From an uncultured Rivularia sp. (lineage in GTDB: Bacteria; Cyanobacteriota; Cyanobacteriia; Cyanobacteriales; Nostocaceae): a DNA stretch of 64,000 nucleotides. The translations under genes and the position numbers were made by a program. Where the stretch lies: contig OY762007.1 of NCBI GenBank assembly GCA_963665115.1, positions 3,648,001 through 3,712,000 of the forward strand, given 5' to 3'. Position 1 is the first letter of the stretch. Every line of letters begins with the position of its first letter. Shown in pieces: positions 18,669 to 30,511 of this stretch. The notes beneath the pieces were generated by a model that saw nothing but the letters and a program-made list of their open reading frames with translations, did no database searches and was not told where the DNA came from.

Positions 18669-19559
18669 TTATGTTCGTTTGCGTCCGCGTTCTCGTCGCG
18701 AACGATTTGATGAAGCTTCAAATTCTAAGGCTGCGCCCATACCAAACAAAACTCCACTCAATACCCAACCCACCTCTAATACGCCTCCACTTTCATAATT
18801 GGCAACTTTAGTCTCAGCCCATTTGGCCCATATATCTGCAATGTAAAGCGAAAACGTCGCTACTGCAATCATTTGCCAAGGTAAAGAAGCTCGTCCACCC
18901 CAAAAAGCAAGTAGCAAACTAGTAGCAATAATTAATAGTAGTACGTCACTGACTACGTAAAACCAATTTAAGTATGTGCCAATAGTTTCTTTCAAATTAG
19001 GCACCTGTTCTATGGCTGTTGCGGCTGCTGTATCCGGGGGTTGACTAATTAGCCATGCCAAAGCGCTACCAAAGGCGGCGATCGCCAATACAATTATCCA
19101 CTGCCAACCTTCTAAATTGATTCGTCTCGAAGCTACCGCTAAAACCATGCCGATGCCGACCAACAAATAAGTCACCACAAAGAATATATCGGCAACAGAA
19201 GGAGTTGGGTCTTGTTTCAATTTGATTTCTATAATGCCAAAAACTATCCCTCCCAAGCAATAAGACAGCATACCTATACCAAATAGCAGCCAAACATTTC
19301 TGCCGCTGACAATTTGGCGACTGCGCCAGTTTCTTAAACACAAAATTCCCGCACCCAGGTAAGCTAGCGCTTCAAAAATATTTGTTCCGGTAATGTACCA
19401 GCTCGCACGTTTGAGTTCACCATCTGCACCGGGAACTTCAGCGCTGAAAAGTAAAAAGTATAGCAGCGCTAAAACACCCCAAGCAATATTAGCGAGGATA
19501 ATGTTCTGAGTGTTAAACCACGATTTTGAACCGTCGGACTTCTTGTAAATGCTACTCAT
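18669..19559 (-). CDS. Conserved integral membrane protein
   Basis: About 8 hydrophobic segments; PSVADIFF motif. Confidence 0.75.
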   Translation of the reverse strand: MSSIYKKSDGSKSWFNTQNIILANIAWGVLALLYFLLFSAEVPGADGELKRASWYITGTNIFEALAYLGAGILCLRNWRSRQIVSGRNVWLLFGIGMLSYCLGGIVFGIIEIKLKQDPTPSVADIFFVVTYLLVGIGMVLAVASRRINLEGWQWIIVLAIAAFGSALAWLISQPPDTAAATAIEQVPNLKETIGTYLNWFYVVSDVLLLIIATSLLLAFWGGRASLPWQMIAVATFSLYIADIWAKWAETKVANYESGGVLEVGWVLSGVLFGMGAALEFEASSNRSRRERGRKRT

Positions 19560-19697
19560 TTATAATTTACCGTGTTTATGCATTTAGCTTCATAATTTTG
19601 CTTATAGATTGTGTACGTAAGATAAACCCTACTTTAGCAGGGGTGTATTCCACATCACAAACCTACACAATCTTAACTGCATAAAAATCCTTATGTG

Positions 19698-20357
19698 CTA
19701 ATGCCACAGTTTATTCAGAGAAGAATCTTTTAGCCAATTAATAAATACGGTTCTTTCCGGCACGGACATATCGTGTAAAGTATCCATTACCTGACGGGCA
19801 AAAGCGGAGCTACCAAAAAACTCTTTACCCAATCGATGCAAATCTTCCAAAAATACAGTTACATAATCTTCTTGCCAAAAAGGAATTTCAATTGGTTCTG
19901 TCGGATTTATACTTAATAAGTAATCAATAGCATTGGGTGAAGAAGCAGCCGGGAATTGCCATTGATTCAAGATGGTTGAAATTTCTTTTTTAAATGAACT
20001 CGCTTGTTTTGCACCAAGAAGTTCTTCAATATCCATATACACCGCTTGCAACAGCAAAATACAGGCAACAGTCAAAATCTTATTATTGCTTTGATTGCTC
20101 GCTTCACTGTCAAACTGGTCTAAACGAATTTTCCCCCAAACACTGAAACGATCTTCTTCCTCCAACAATACGCAGGCTTTGCCTCGGTTATCCGTCAACT
20201 CTCGCCACAAAGCTCTAGCTTCTTCCTCTTGGCTAGCTTTAAACAAGCTAATCAACCGAAACGTTTGTCCTTGATAATGAAGAACGGGAACCTGTTGGTC
20301 GCGCTTGGGATGTACGATACTCGATATTTCAACGTCTTGCCGCTTCAAAATAAACAT
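19698..20357 (-). CDS. Npun_F0813-like conserved protein
   Basis: MFILKRQDVEI...YQGQTFRL...WRELTDNRGKACVLLEE recalled family signature. Confidence 0.7.
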   Translation of the reverse strand: MFILKRQDVEISSIVHPKRDQQVPVLHYQGQTFRLISLFKASQEEEARALWRELTDNRGKACVLLEEEDRFSVWGKIRLDQFDSEASNQSNNKILTVACILLLQAVYMDIEELLGAKQASSFKKEISTILNQWQFPAASSPNAIDYLLSINPTEPIEIPFWQEDYVTVFLEDLHRLGKEFFGSSAFARQVMDTLHDMSVPERTVFINWLKDSSLNKLWH

Positions 20358-20603
20358 GAAATTTTTAGATAACTCCTCTGCGAGGCACTTTTAATATATG
20401 CGAGATATAATAACCGTCTTTGTATTAATTGACGCTTTTGCTTACGACAACACAATATACCTGAGTTATACCCTTTGTGTCCGGATTTTTATGTAACTTT
20501 ATAGTCAATCAAATTACATTTTATCCGGAATTATTTAAAAAATCACAATATCCGATTGCTTTTTATTTAGACCACTGATACAATACATTAGCTAACTTTG
20601 TTT

Positions 20604-20677
20604 GGGTGCGTAGCTCAGCCGGATAGAGCAACTGCCTTCTAAGCAGTCGGTCGCAGGTTCGAGTCCTGCCGCACCCG
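20604..20677 (+). tRNA. tRNA-Arg (anticodon TCT)
   Basis: GGGTGCG/CGCACCC acceptor stem, ACTGC-CTTCTAA-GCAGT anticodon arm, GGTTCGAGTCC T-arm. Confidence 0.95.
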
Positions 20678-20875
20678 TTTCCAGCGAATAGTAACCAGTT
20701 AATTATTGTTCGCAGTAAGCGATTTATCGCTCTCCTGCAAATTTTTAGTTCACATCTTAATTATTAAACTTGATTTTAATAGGACTTAATGCACTTCTAA
20801 CCCAAGCCAGCATTAAAATAAAATTTCAGCAGTACTTTTGGGTATTCTAAACAATACATATACTATTAAGTACTG

Positions 20876-23131
20876 GTGATGCCTGCTAATTTTATCCAAC
20901 GGCGGTTCTTTAAAGCTATTGTTGAGAGTTGCTCGCAATCAATAAATAAATCTTCTCTTACTAGGAAGATTCTTTTAAATATGGCTTTACGGATAACTAT
21001 TGTAGTTTTGATATCTACAATAATTAGCTATTTTCACGTCATGTCAAATTTAGAAGTCCAGACAAAACAACAATTAGATAAATATATTACTCAAAGAGGA
21101 CAGCGCGAAAGTTTTATCTTCCAATTATCTCAGGATAATGTAAAGCTTCTAAGCGAAAATATTTTACAAGAAATTAAGCAACCATTAGCAAAAGATTTAA
21201 ACGCCGATTTTGAGCGTATTTACTTTAATTGGCATGATGGAACCATCAGAAATTTTCCTCCAAATCAACCTATAGATAAATTTGATACAGTTAATTTTCC
21301 TAGTTCTTTTGTGGGTAAGAATATCAAAATTGACGATCGACATAAACAAATTTTACTTACCGCTTACGAAAAAGTTAATAGCTACGGTCATGCATGGAAT
21401 AATCGTTTTGCATATACATATTTTATTACTCCCAATAACTCTTTAGTAGTCTATCGGAAAGGAATGCCTTGGGCAATGCAAGCCGAGCCAGACTTGAATG
21501 TAAATCAAGAAGAATACTATTACACAGCCGATGCACAACATAATCCAGAAAGAAAATCAGTTTTGACTGGATTGTATTATGATATGACTGCGAATGATTG
21601 GATGGTTTCTGCTTTAAATCCAGCTTATGATAGTAACAATAATCTTATAGGTGTTGCTGGTCAAGATATTGTACTCTCCGACTTAATGAAGAATACAATA
21701 AATGATAGATTGCCAGGAACCTATAACTTAATTTTTCATAAAGATGGTCGTTTAATAGCGCATCCTAAATACATGCAAGAAATCATGGAAGCGCAGGGAA
21801 AACTAGATGTCCAAGAGCTTAATAACCAAGCATTAAGTCATACTTTTGAAATTATCAATAAACAAACTAATAATTTTGGTGTACTTGAGAATATAAAAGA
21901 TAAGACATATTTAGGATTTTCTCGTCTCAAAGGTACGGATTGGTATTTTGTGACAGTTTATCCTAAATCGCTACTCACTAATTTTGCTGTTGGAACAGTT
22001 AAATTTATTTTGATAGCAGCAGTAATATCTCTGATTATGGAAATTTTATTACTATTCTCAGTTCTACATCAAGAAATTGCTACACCCTTAAATGAATTAA
22101 TTACGGTTGCTGATAAGATATCAGCAGGTAAATTAGATATAAATCTGGAATTAAACAGAGAAGACGAAATTGGCAGACTTGCTACTTCATTTAATATCAT
22201 GGCAACCCAGTTAAAGACAACATTTAGCAGTTTAAAAAATGCTAAAGCGGAATTAGAAAATCAAGTTAAAGAACGTACTCAAGAGTTACAAAACACTCTA
22301 GTCAATTTGCGAAATACTCAAGCACAGATGTTGCAAACCGAGAAAATGTCTGCTCTCGGACAAACTGTGGCAGGCGTGGCTCATGAAATAAATAATCCAG
22401 TTAATTTTATTCACGCAAATATTGAATATGTTGAAACTTATATTAAAGACTTATTAGAATTAGTTGCATTTTACCAAGAATATTATCCTGAAACGCCAGA
22501 ATTACTACAAGATAAAATAGACGAAATTGATTTAGAATTTATTCGGAAAGATTCCGTTAAAATACTTTCATCAATGAATATTGGAACCGTCCGCATTCGA
22601 GAAATTGTTAAGTCACTGCGGAGTTTTTCGCGTTTAGATGAAGCGGAATATAAGAAAGTTGATATTCACCAAGGAATCGATAATACTTTGCTAATTTTAC
22701 AGCATCGCTTAAAAAATAGCTCTACTCAATCCGAGATTAAAATAATCAAGGATTATGCTCAAATTCCTTTAGTTGAATGTTATGCGGGAAAACTTAATCA
22801 AGTTTTTATGAATATTATGGGAAATGCAATTGATGCATTAACTGAATTGAGAACAACCGATACCACTGCAAATATTTCTATTTCAACAGTAATTATTGAT
22901 AAAAATTGGGTCAGAATTTGTATAGCTGATAATGGTACGGGAATAGATGAAAAAGTTAGTACGAACATATTTAACCCGTTTTTTACTACCAAACCAGTTG
23001 GAAAAGGTACGGGATTAGGTTTGTCGATTAGCTATCAAATTATTGTCGAAACTCATAAGGGGAAAATCTACTGCGATTCTGAATTAGGAAAAGGTACTAA
23101 ATTTATTGTTGAGATTCCGATTCGTCAGTAA
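20876..23131 (+). CDS. Sensor histidine kinase (Cache-like, HAMP, HisKA, HATPase)
   Basis: Two TM segments, DEIGRLATSFN HAMP, AHEINNP H-box, NAIDA, DNGTG, PFFTTK and GTGLGL. Confidence 0.92.
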   Translation: MMPANFIQRRFFKAIVESCSQSINKSSLTRKILLNMALRITIVVLISTIISYFHVMSNLEVQTKQQLDKYITQRGQRESFIFQLSQDNVKLLSENILQEIKQPLAKDLNADFERIYFNWHDGTIRNFPPNQPIDKFDTVNFPSSFVGKNIKIDDRHKQILLTAYEKVNSYGHAWNNRFAYTYFITPNNSLVVYRKGMPWAMQAEPDLNVNQEEYYYTADAQHNPERKSVLTGLYYDMTANDWMVSALNPAYDSNNNLIGVAGQDIVLSDLMKNTINDRLPGTYNLIFHKDGRLIAHPKYMQEIMEAQGKLDVQELNNQALSHTFEIINKQTNNFGVLENIKDKTYLGFSRLKGTDWYFVTVYPKSLLTNFAVGTVKFILIAAVISLIMEILLLFSVLHQEIATPLNELITVADKISAGKLDINLELNREDEIGRLATSFNIMATQLKTTFSSLKNAKAELENQVKERTQELQNTLVNLRNTQAQMLQTEKMSALGQTVAGVAHEINNPVNFIHANIEYVETYIKDLLELVAFYQEYYPETPELLQDKIDEIDLEFIRKDSVKILSSMNIGTVRIREIVKSLRSFSRLDEAEYKKVDIHQGIDNTLLILQHRLKNSSTQSEIKIIKDYAQIPLVECYAGKLNQVFMNIMGNAIDALTELRTTDTTANISISTVIIDKNWVRICIADNGTGIDEKVSTNIFNPFFTTKPVGKGTGLGLSISYQIIVETHKGKIYCDSELGKGTKFIVEIPIRQ

Positions 23132-23161
23132 TAGTTTAGTGATGCAGCCTGAATTATTTAT

Positions 23162-24358
23162 CTAATTAGATTTTGAGAATTCAATGCTTTCAATCATTTT
23201 ATCCAACACTTTTTTATTTCTCTCATAGTTTTGACTTTTTACCTGATAAGTAACGACAATCAAAGTTTTATCTTTGAAATCTATGAGATATTTATAAGAT
23301 CGCACTCCTTTGGGTAGGATTGTCATACCTGTAGACTCAGTTTCAGTGACTACAGCACGGCGATTACCAACCATTGTCTCAGTACGAGAAATTTCCTTCA
23401 AACCTTGACTTCTTGCATTTAAAATTCGCTCAAATGGGACATTTTCCAAATCGAAGTACACCGCTTCATCAAAATCTTCGCTTCTTTCTCGCAGTTGAAT
23501 CGAGCGGAAATCAAATACCTGACACTGTTTCAGAACGTCCCCAGAATTAGTTTGCCATCCTACAGGGTAGCTAACTGTATAACCTACCGCTTCGTTTGTG
23601 CAGGTTTGTCCTAAATTAATCGGTACATCATCAGGTTGTTTTTGGGCTGAGTTACTGTTAGGTTTAACCACATATTCATTTGCAACACCAGGCAACTTTT
23701 TAATTTGACATAAAGCAGCCGCTATCTGTCCCCGTGTAGCAAGTTCGGATGGACTAATTAATCGTTTTTGAAACCGAGGTTTAGGGGAAGTAATAAGAAT
23801 TCCTTGTTGTGTAGCTGCGGCAATTAATCCTCTTGCATACTCCGGAATCCGATTCGCGTCATCATAAATAGCATTAAGAATTTGGTTCGGGAAAGATGGA
23901 ACCGAATAATTTAACCCGGTTGATAAAGCAACAAAGGCTTCTACACGAGAAATCTTTTGATTGGGATTAAAAGATTGATTTGGATATCCAGAAAGAAATC
24001 GTTTTGTGTAGGCATTACGGATAGCTTCTTTAGCCCAATGATTTGATGAAACATCATTAAAATTCATTGTTGCGCGGGTTGCCCTAATATAGGGAAACGC
24101 TTTTGTTATCATTGCCGCATATTCAGCGCGACTAATAACATTATTAGGTCGAAAAATACCGTTTGAATATCCCGATAAAATTCCTTGTGTGCTAAGATTT
24201 TGAATGCATTTCTCCGCCCAGTGACCGTTGATATCAGTATAGTTTTGAGCGTTAACAGGACTTATTCCCAAGGAAAATACGCTGCTAAATATTCCTATTG
24301 ATAAATAAGAAAATGTCTGTTTAATTCTTTTATAAGAATGAATACTCAACCTATTCAT
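23162..24358 (-). CDS. S-layer homology (SLH) domain protein with a C-terminal PsbP-like region
   Basis: DINGHWA, GYSNGIFRPN..ISRAE, DVSSNHWA and ATRGQIAA motifs. Confidence 0.85.
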   Translation of the reverse strand: MNRLSIHSYKRIKQTFSYLSIGIFSSVFSLGISPVNAQNYTDINGHWAEKCIQNLSTQGILSGYSNGIFRPNNVISRAEYAAMITKAFPYIRATRATMNFNDVSSNHWAKEAIRNAYTKRFLSGYPNQSFNPNQKISRVEAFVALSTGLNYSVPSFPNQILNAIYDDANRIPEYARGLIAAATQQGILITSPKPRFQKRLISPSELATRGQIAAALCQIKKLPGVANEYVVKPNSNSAQKQPDDVPINLGQTCTNEAVGYTVSYPVGWQTNSGDVLKQCQVFDFRSIQLRERSEDFDEAVYFDLENVPFERILNARSQGLKEISRTETMVGNRRAVVTETESTGMTILPKGVRSYKYLIDFKDKTLIVVTYQVKSQNYERNKKVLDKMIESIEFSKSN

Positions 24359-24578
24359 AGTGAATAATATTACGTATATTTTTTGTTATTACATTCTTTC
24401 ATTAGAACACTGATTTTGCATCTAACTATTGAGAGAAGTTTAATTTATAAAGTCTCATTCCAAAGGTAAGTAGTTTGAATCGTTTTATCTAAAATCTAGT
24501 TTATTGTTGTTCTATTACGCCATTTTTATGCACTTATTAAATCATAAATTAAGTTTTAAGCCTTCATATTCCTAAGTT

Positions 24579-24610
24579 TGTAGGTTGGGTTGAGGAACGA
24601 AACCCAACAT
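24579..24610. repeat. Single REP (GTAG-type) hairpin
   Basis: TGTAGGTTGGGTTGAGGAACGAAACCCAACA; same family as the 517/1221 element ends and 25767-25833. Confidence 0.75.
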
Positions 24611-24731
24611 AATCTAGAAAACCAAATAATTGAAATCAATATTTAATACTCAATAAAACCCAAACTCTAATTTTTCATCAAAACTGGGAACAATAGACTC
24701 AAAGCATCATACCAAGCAAACCATTATAGAG

Positions 24732-25004
24732 ATGAAATCGGGAATCTTTGCAGTTGTCAATATTGATGAATTAAAACTTTATGTTGGTGAAACACATCAT
24801 CTCCAGACAAGATGGAGATTGCTGATGATGCTATTTATTAACGGAAAATTTCCTCATTCCCAGCTCCAAGCAGCTTGGAATAGAAAAGGAGAGGAGCGTC
24901 GGTTCACATTCCACACAGCTAATGAAATTGCTGAAAACCAGCAAATCCTTGGAAAAAAACAATTTTTTGCCGATGTTGGAACCAACATCGAACCAAAACC
25001 CTAA
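24732..25004 (+). CDS. Small GIY-YIG-like protein
   Basis: SGIF...LYVGET...RW...LQAAWN degenerate GIY-YIG pattern. Confidence 0.6.
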   Translation: MKSGIFAVVNIDELKLYVGETHHLQTRWRLLMMLFINGKFPHSQLQAAWNRKGEERRFTFHTANEIAENQQILGKKQFFADVGTNIEPKP

Positions 25005-25250
25005 ATTTAAATAAACGATAAAAAATACAAATCTAGCGATCGTCGATCGCCCATCTATAATTTTCAACAACAATAAAAATTACTCATATGTATTGGAAGC
25101 AACCTACAGAGAGATATAGCTTCCATTTATGCCTAAAACAGGATAGTTAAGCTAAACTTATAGTACATAAATCTTTTTTATATTAATAAAGTGTTTACAT
25201 TTGCGGAGCTTATGAATAAACTATTGATATAGCTTGAAAGTTAAACATAT

Positions 25251-25586
25251 TTGGATGTAGTCATGTTGAACCTAATTAAACGTAATCCTCAAACAACTTT
25301 TATTCCAATGAATTCTCAAATACCTTGGTTCGATGGGTTATATCCCATACGTCAGTGGTTGAATAACCTTGAGATTAATAATGTTGCATTAGCTCATTTT
25401 ATTTGTCGGATGATTCCTACGCAGTGCCCCTTTGAGCGGGATATTTGTTTATTTGGTCGTAAACTCATACATATTCCACCCTTGTGTAAACTTAATCCGG
25501 TGTATGAGGAATTGACTGTTTTGCGGTTCCGAGCGCTTAGTTATTTAGCTGATGAATGTGGCGAAGATGTAGGTTGTTATTGTTAA
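25251..25586 (+). CDS. Mo-dependent nitrogenase C-terminal domain protein
   Basis: IPTQCPFERDI, HIPPLCKLNP and LRFRALSYLADECGED motifs. Confidence 0.88.
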   Translation: MDVVMLNLIKRNPQTTFIPMNSQIPWFDGLYPIRQWLNNLEINNVALAHFICRMIPTQCPFERDICLFGRKLIHIPPLCKLNPVYEELTVLRFRALSYLADECGEDVGCYC

Positions 25587-25852
25587 AAAGAAAATTTATA
25601 TTAGAAAATAAATAGAGTAGTTTTTAAATGAAAATTGAATTTGTAGGTTGATTACACTACTGCAAACAAATCGTAATCTAAGATTTAATCTCTCCTAAAG
25701 CAGAATTTTTTTCACCTCATCTGCTAATCGATATTAGACAATCTGAATCTAAAACTAAATTATAAATGTTGGGTTAGGTTGCGTTTTTATTTTTTGTAAA
25801 TCATAAAATTACTTATGCATCTAACCCAACCCACGAATTGTCACCTCTACAC

Positions 25853-28493
25853 TTATTCAGCGATTAAACAAAATCGATATTTTGGATTATCTTGTGGTTG
25901 GCATTTCTGCTGCACTTTCACTAATACCCCTAGTTGATTATCGTCTGCGGCATCTACTTGACGGTCGTGAAATCTATTAAATTGTACTGTACCTGTAGCA
26001 CCTGGTGTGGAAAAGAAAGGGCTATTTAATTCTTCGTACAAACTTTGACGAGTCGGATTATTTTCTGTTTTCTTTAATGCTGCCACTATTGCTTGAGTAG
26101 CATCATAAGCTGTTGCAGCCCGCCAACCGACATATTGAGTACCCCAAAGTTTTACTGATTGGTTTCTAAAAGATTGTTCGGTACGTTGAATATGAATTGG
26201 TACGGAAAGAACTAGATTTTCAGCTTGATCTCCGAATGTAGATGATATATTATCGGCATTATAAAGAGAATCTCCACCTAATAAAGGTTGATTTTTATAT
26301 TTAGAAATAATTAATGAAGCTTTCGTTGCTCCTTCCGTACCGATAGAAAGCATTAATAATTTGACGTTTTCGCCTAAATCGCAATTATCAATTCCAGAAT
26401 TAGCCAAATCGCACTCTATAACCTTTCCTAAAGAAGCGTACTTTTGCTCGAATGACTCTTTTAAAGAAGTGCTGTATGATTTTCCAGAATCATAAAAAAC
26501 GGCTGCATTTCCGGAACCAATATTTTGCCGTGCATAGTCAACTAAATCCGCTGCTGCAACTGCATCGTTAGGGGCTGTACGAAAAACATAGGGGCTTAAA
26601 TCATATTTATAGTTTGATTTTTCGCTAGCTTGAGACTTCCTGACGGCAGTACTTGTGGGAGAAATAGCCACCAGTTTTTCTTTGCCGTAAACTTCGGCTG
26701 CTGCTAAAGTGGCATCGCTGGTAAAATGTCCAACCACTCCTAATATTTGTCCGCTAAATGCGCGATCGCCGGGTATCTGATTTCTGACAAATTGTTTAGC
26801 GACTTTCGGTGCTGTATCTTCTTCATCTGGATCGGAATTGTTTTCATCTCTTGCGATAACAACTTGTAATAATCTTCCTTCGATACCATCTTGATTGTTC
26901 AATGTTTCTTGAACGGAGGCAACACCGCGCAATATTTGTTCGGATATATTTGTATTGCGTTCTTTATTTTTGCCGGGAATGGCAGCAGCGATTGTCAAAG
27001 GATTACCTTTAATATTAGCTTTGGCATTGTTAAGAAAAATTAATGTTTCTGGATCGACACCACATTGATTAGTTGTTTTGGTTGCTTGTCTAAAGGTATC
27101 TATCGCTGTTTGGAAATAATTTCTGGCATCTTTATATCTCTGGTTTTTAAAAGCTCTCATTCCTTGTTCCTTTTCTCCCAAACCTTGTCTGCATAACGTG
27201 CTATTAGTTCTTTTTTCTCTTAGTAAAGATTCTTCTCCTCTACTAAAAAAGTTGTCAGCAAGCAATGGCTCTGGAGGTTGTATAACTGCATATACGGCTG
27301 CACCTAGTAACAATGCACCGATACCTCCAGCTATCAACAATATTTTTTTATTTATTTTTTTTTGAGGGGATACATTAATTGGAGCGTCTGGCTCTGAGGT
27401 AACTGTTGGTGTCACAGCTTTGGGTGCGGCAGACAAATTCGCTGGTATTGGCTGAGGCTGGGGGTAAGAGGGGAGTGGTGATGGCTGGGTAACAGGAGGT
27501 TGGACTTGAAGATTGGAAAGAGCAGCAATGACTTCACGAGCCGACTGATACCTATCTTCTGGCTGATAGGACAGCATTTTATCTAAAATATCTGCAAGTT
27601 GCGGGTTGATATTAGCGTAGTTTCGCCAACTCCAGGTATGATATTCGCGAATCTCTTGTGCTTCTTTACCTGCGAGCAACGAAACACAAGTTGCAGCTAA
27701 AGAATATAAATCTGATGAAGCTGATACAGGTTTACCCGTCATCTGTTTCTGGTGGAGCAAAGTCTGGGGTTCCGATTACAACTGATTGGGCTGTAGGAAC
27801 CCCCGTAACTACAACCTGCTTGACTGCACCAAAATCTATCAGATGAAGAGTATTAGATTTTGATGCTCGCATGATATTAGAAGGCTTGATGTCTCTGTGT
27901 ATCACTCCTTCACTATGAACGTAATTGAGAACATCGAGCATTTGCAGCATAATTTCGACAATTTCTGCTTCTGAAAATTGTCCTTTTTCCTTTAATTCTT
28001 GGGCTAAATTCTTACCTTCAATAAAGTCTTGTACCAAATAGAAAAAAGGTTGTGTCTGATATGGCTCTATAGTAGATTCTTGGAGATCGTGGGGTGCTTC
28101 TATTTTTGCAAAAGCCCATGCACGGGGGATTTTAGCGTGTGTAAGTTTTCCTAAAACGCTGGCTTCTCCATGAAATAATCTTTCGATATCTGCTAGCTGA
28201 GACTCGGAAGGAGAAACTCTTGGATGTAACTGCTTAATAACTCTTAACGGTAAGTCTGGAAACTTTAAATCTCTCGCTAAAAATGTCCTACCAAACCCAC
28301 CTCTTTCTGATTCTAAAACTAATGGTCTAAGTGTTACAAAACAGTTTTCTAAAATCAGAGGCATTCCGCAATTGGCACAAAATCTTTGTTTAATCGGTTT
28401 CGTATAAAGATTTTTTTCAGGAATTGTATTAATCGGATCTTGACAACTTGGACGAGTACAATAAACTTCGATTAAAGGATTAGTGCTAACCAT
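25853..28493 (-). CDS. Ser/Thr kinase (4-Cys prefix) fused via a TM helix to a LivJ-type solute-binding domain; +1 frameshift near 27747
   Basis: GGFGRTF, HRDIKPSN and DFG motifs. Removing one A gives FAPPEQMTGKP and joins both ORFs. VVGHFTS, ISPTST and AYDAT binding-protein motifs. Confidence 0.88.
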
Positions 28494-28940
28494 TGATTAA
28501 CCTTAAAAATTACTATCGTTTAAGTTTTTATATATCTATTCGGATTTTTTTCAGTCAGCCAGTTTAGTCGATTCTGTATAAGTAGATGCTTAAATCTGTT
28601 AGCAAATATGATTTCTATTTCATCTGCTTTGAGCAATTATTTGCTTGTACGAATAATTAGCTTTTTTGCAGATTGCTTCAGAAAAGGGTAATGCACTCTT
28701 AACTAGACAAGCCTAATTAAACCCCAAGCCTTTTGGAAAACAGGGATTTAAAAGGCAGCTAATACAGTTATTAATACTACCTTATCGATTACTTAGTTTT
28801 TCCATAACTTAACAAACATAAACCTGTATTATTTATACGTCCTTACTTAGCAATATTTACGCAAATGTAACACTATTACTGCGGCTTTGTACTTCACTTT
28901 TGTGCAAAGTGTTGCAGGGAAGAGGGGGGAGATTATTAAA

Positions 28941-29050
28941 GTAGTGAGTAATGAGTAATGAGTAATAAGTAAAAATAGACGTAATTAGCAGCGACATTTA
29001 TCACAATAGAATAAAAAGTGATTTACTTGCTACTCCTAACTCCTAACTGA
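28941..29050. repeat. Dispersed element with STRR-like arms, copy 2
   Basis: Shares its core with 7921-8035. Confidence 0.7.
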
Positions 29051-29057
29051 TAACTGC

Positions 29058-30224
29058 TCACTGATTCCCGCAGAGTTGTTCGTCTAGTTTTTCTACACAG
29101 GCTGCTTTTTCTTCTGCTTTTAAGTCTTTATATTCTACGTCTCGGCGTAAAACTATACCGTTGTGACCTGTCAAAAACCTTGGCAGTTGTTTGTATTCAA
29201 TCAGCTCTAAGGTTTTCATGTCGTAGGTGGTATAAGTCGTTAATTCTGGGGAATCAAAGTTAATATCAATCACCGTAATTGCTTTTGCTGAAGGTGATTC
29301 GGCTCCAATTAAGGGACGCGGCCCCGAACCCATAAGCCCCATATGAAGTAGCTGCAATTTACCGCGATGACCGGGATAATAAGCGTGGTGATGTCCGCTG
29401 ATATAGGTATGAACGTTGTATTTTTCTAACATTGTTCGTAATTCTTCGGGGTTTGCCATTACGGCACCAAATTTGTTACGCCCTTCAGCAACTGCATATA
29501 AAGGTAAGTGACTTAACAAAATTCGCATTTTGGCTTGCTGCGCTTCTGGGCTTGCTAATGCTTTTTCTACCCAAGCCATTTTTTCGGGGGGAATTCTATG
29601 TGTTGAACCATCCCAAGCCATGAAGAAGATATCTTTATGTTTGAAGGTATAGAAAAATGGAAATTGGCTTTTATCTATAAATTCAACTCCCGGATTGTGT
29701 TCGGGGTTGTTCCAATATTCGGAAGCTAAATCTCTTTCTTCTTCAAATACAAAATTGCCTTCTTTTTTAGCACCGGAAGCGTCGTGATTGCCGATGGTAA
29801 AACCGAAAGGTATGTTTGCTTTACGTAAAGGTGCTGCAATATGTTCGTCGAAAGCTGCCCACATTGCCTTAATTTGCGATTCTGTAAGTGTCTTTTTTTG
29901 ACCAGCTATCATATCACCGCTACAAACTACCATATCTGGTTGCCAAAAAGGTAATAAATTAATTCCTTTATCTACCTCTGGTTCGTAGTCGGTGGAACCA
30001 TAAGCTGAATTCAAATCGCTGATAGCCACTAAACGCACGTCTCCACGAGGGGGATTAAATAAACCATTGGCACCAGCATTTTTGACAATCTCTTGTGTCT
30101 CTGGCGGTAAAGTTGATATTTCGGGTGTTTTTGTAGCTTCTTGATTAAGGTTTGCACAAGCAAAGCAAAAGATACTCAGCGCAAACCCGATAATTATAAA
30201 TAAAGAAAATCGCCGCCAAAGCAT
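29058..30224 (-). CDS. Metallophosphoesterase, probable lipoprotein
   Basis: ISDLN, SGDM, GNHD and SGHHH motifs; lipobox-like FAC. Confidence 0.88.
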   Translation of the reverse strand: MLWRRFSLFIIIGFALSIFCFACANLNQEATKTPEISTLPPETQEIVKNAGANGLFNPPRGDVRLVAISDLNSAYGSTDYEPEVDKGINLLPFWQPDMVVCSGDMIAGQKKTLTESQIKAMWAAFDEHIAAPLRKANIPFGFTIGNHDASGAKKEGNFVFEEERDLASEYWNNPEHNPGVEFIDKSQFPFFYTFKHKDIFFMAWDGSTHRIPPEKMAWVEKALASPEAQQAKMRILLSHLPLYAVAEGRNKFGAVMANPEELRTMLEKYNVHTYISGHHHAYYPGHRGKLQLLHMGLMGSGPRPLIGAESPSAKAITVIDINFDSPELTTYTTYDMKTLELIEYKQLPRFLTGHNGIVLRRDVEYKDLKAEEKAACVEKLDEQLCGNQ

Positions 30225-30511
30225 TTTTTTAGCTCCCAGTCAACTACACCGTAAATATAACGGATAGCCGGATTATTTATTTTTATACCAGGATACAGAT
30301 TTGAATGGGGAATTGGGCATTTCAAATATTGGTGTAGAGACGTAGCAGTGCTACGTCTCCCAACAGTATGCGGATAAACCAAGTTATTTACTTTCTCTAA
30401 ATGGCAAATAGATTATTTTTTTGGTTTTATTTTAATATTTTTTAACAATTACATTGCTTTTTTGAATAAAAATACTATTGTTTTCAAGTAGTCAATCGTA
30501 AGTACTAATAA

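Noticed and set aside
20604..24358. tRNA-anchored genomic island
   Set aside because: No integrase, and I found no duplicated tRNA 3' end for either tRNA.
25251..25586. Nitrogen fixation gene
   Set aside because: The domain name is historical; there are no nifHDK motifs or nif cluster here.
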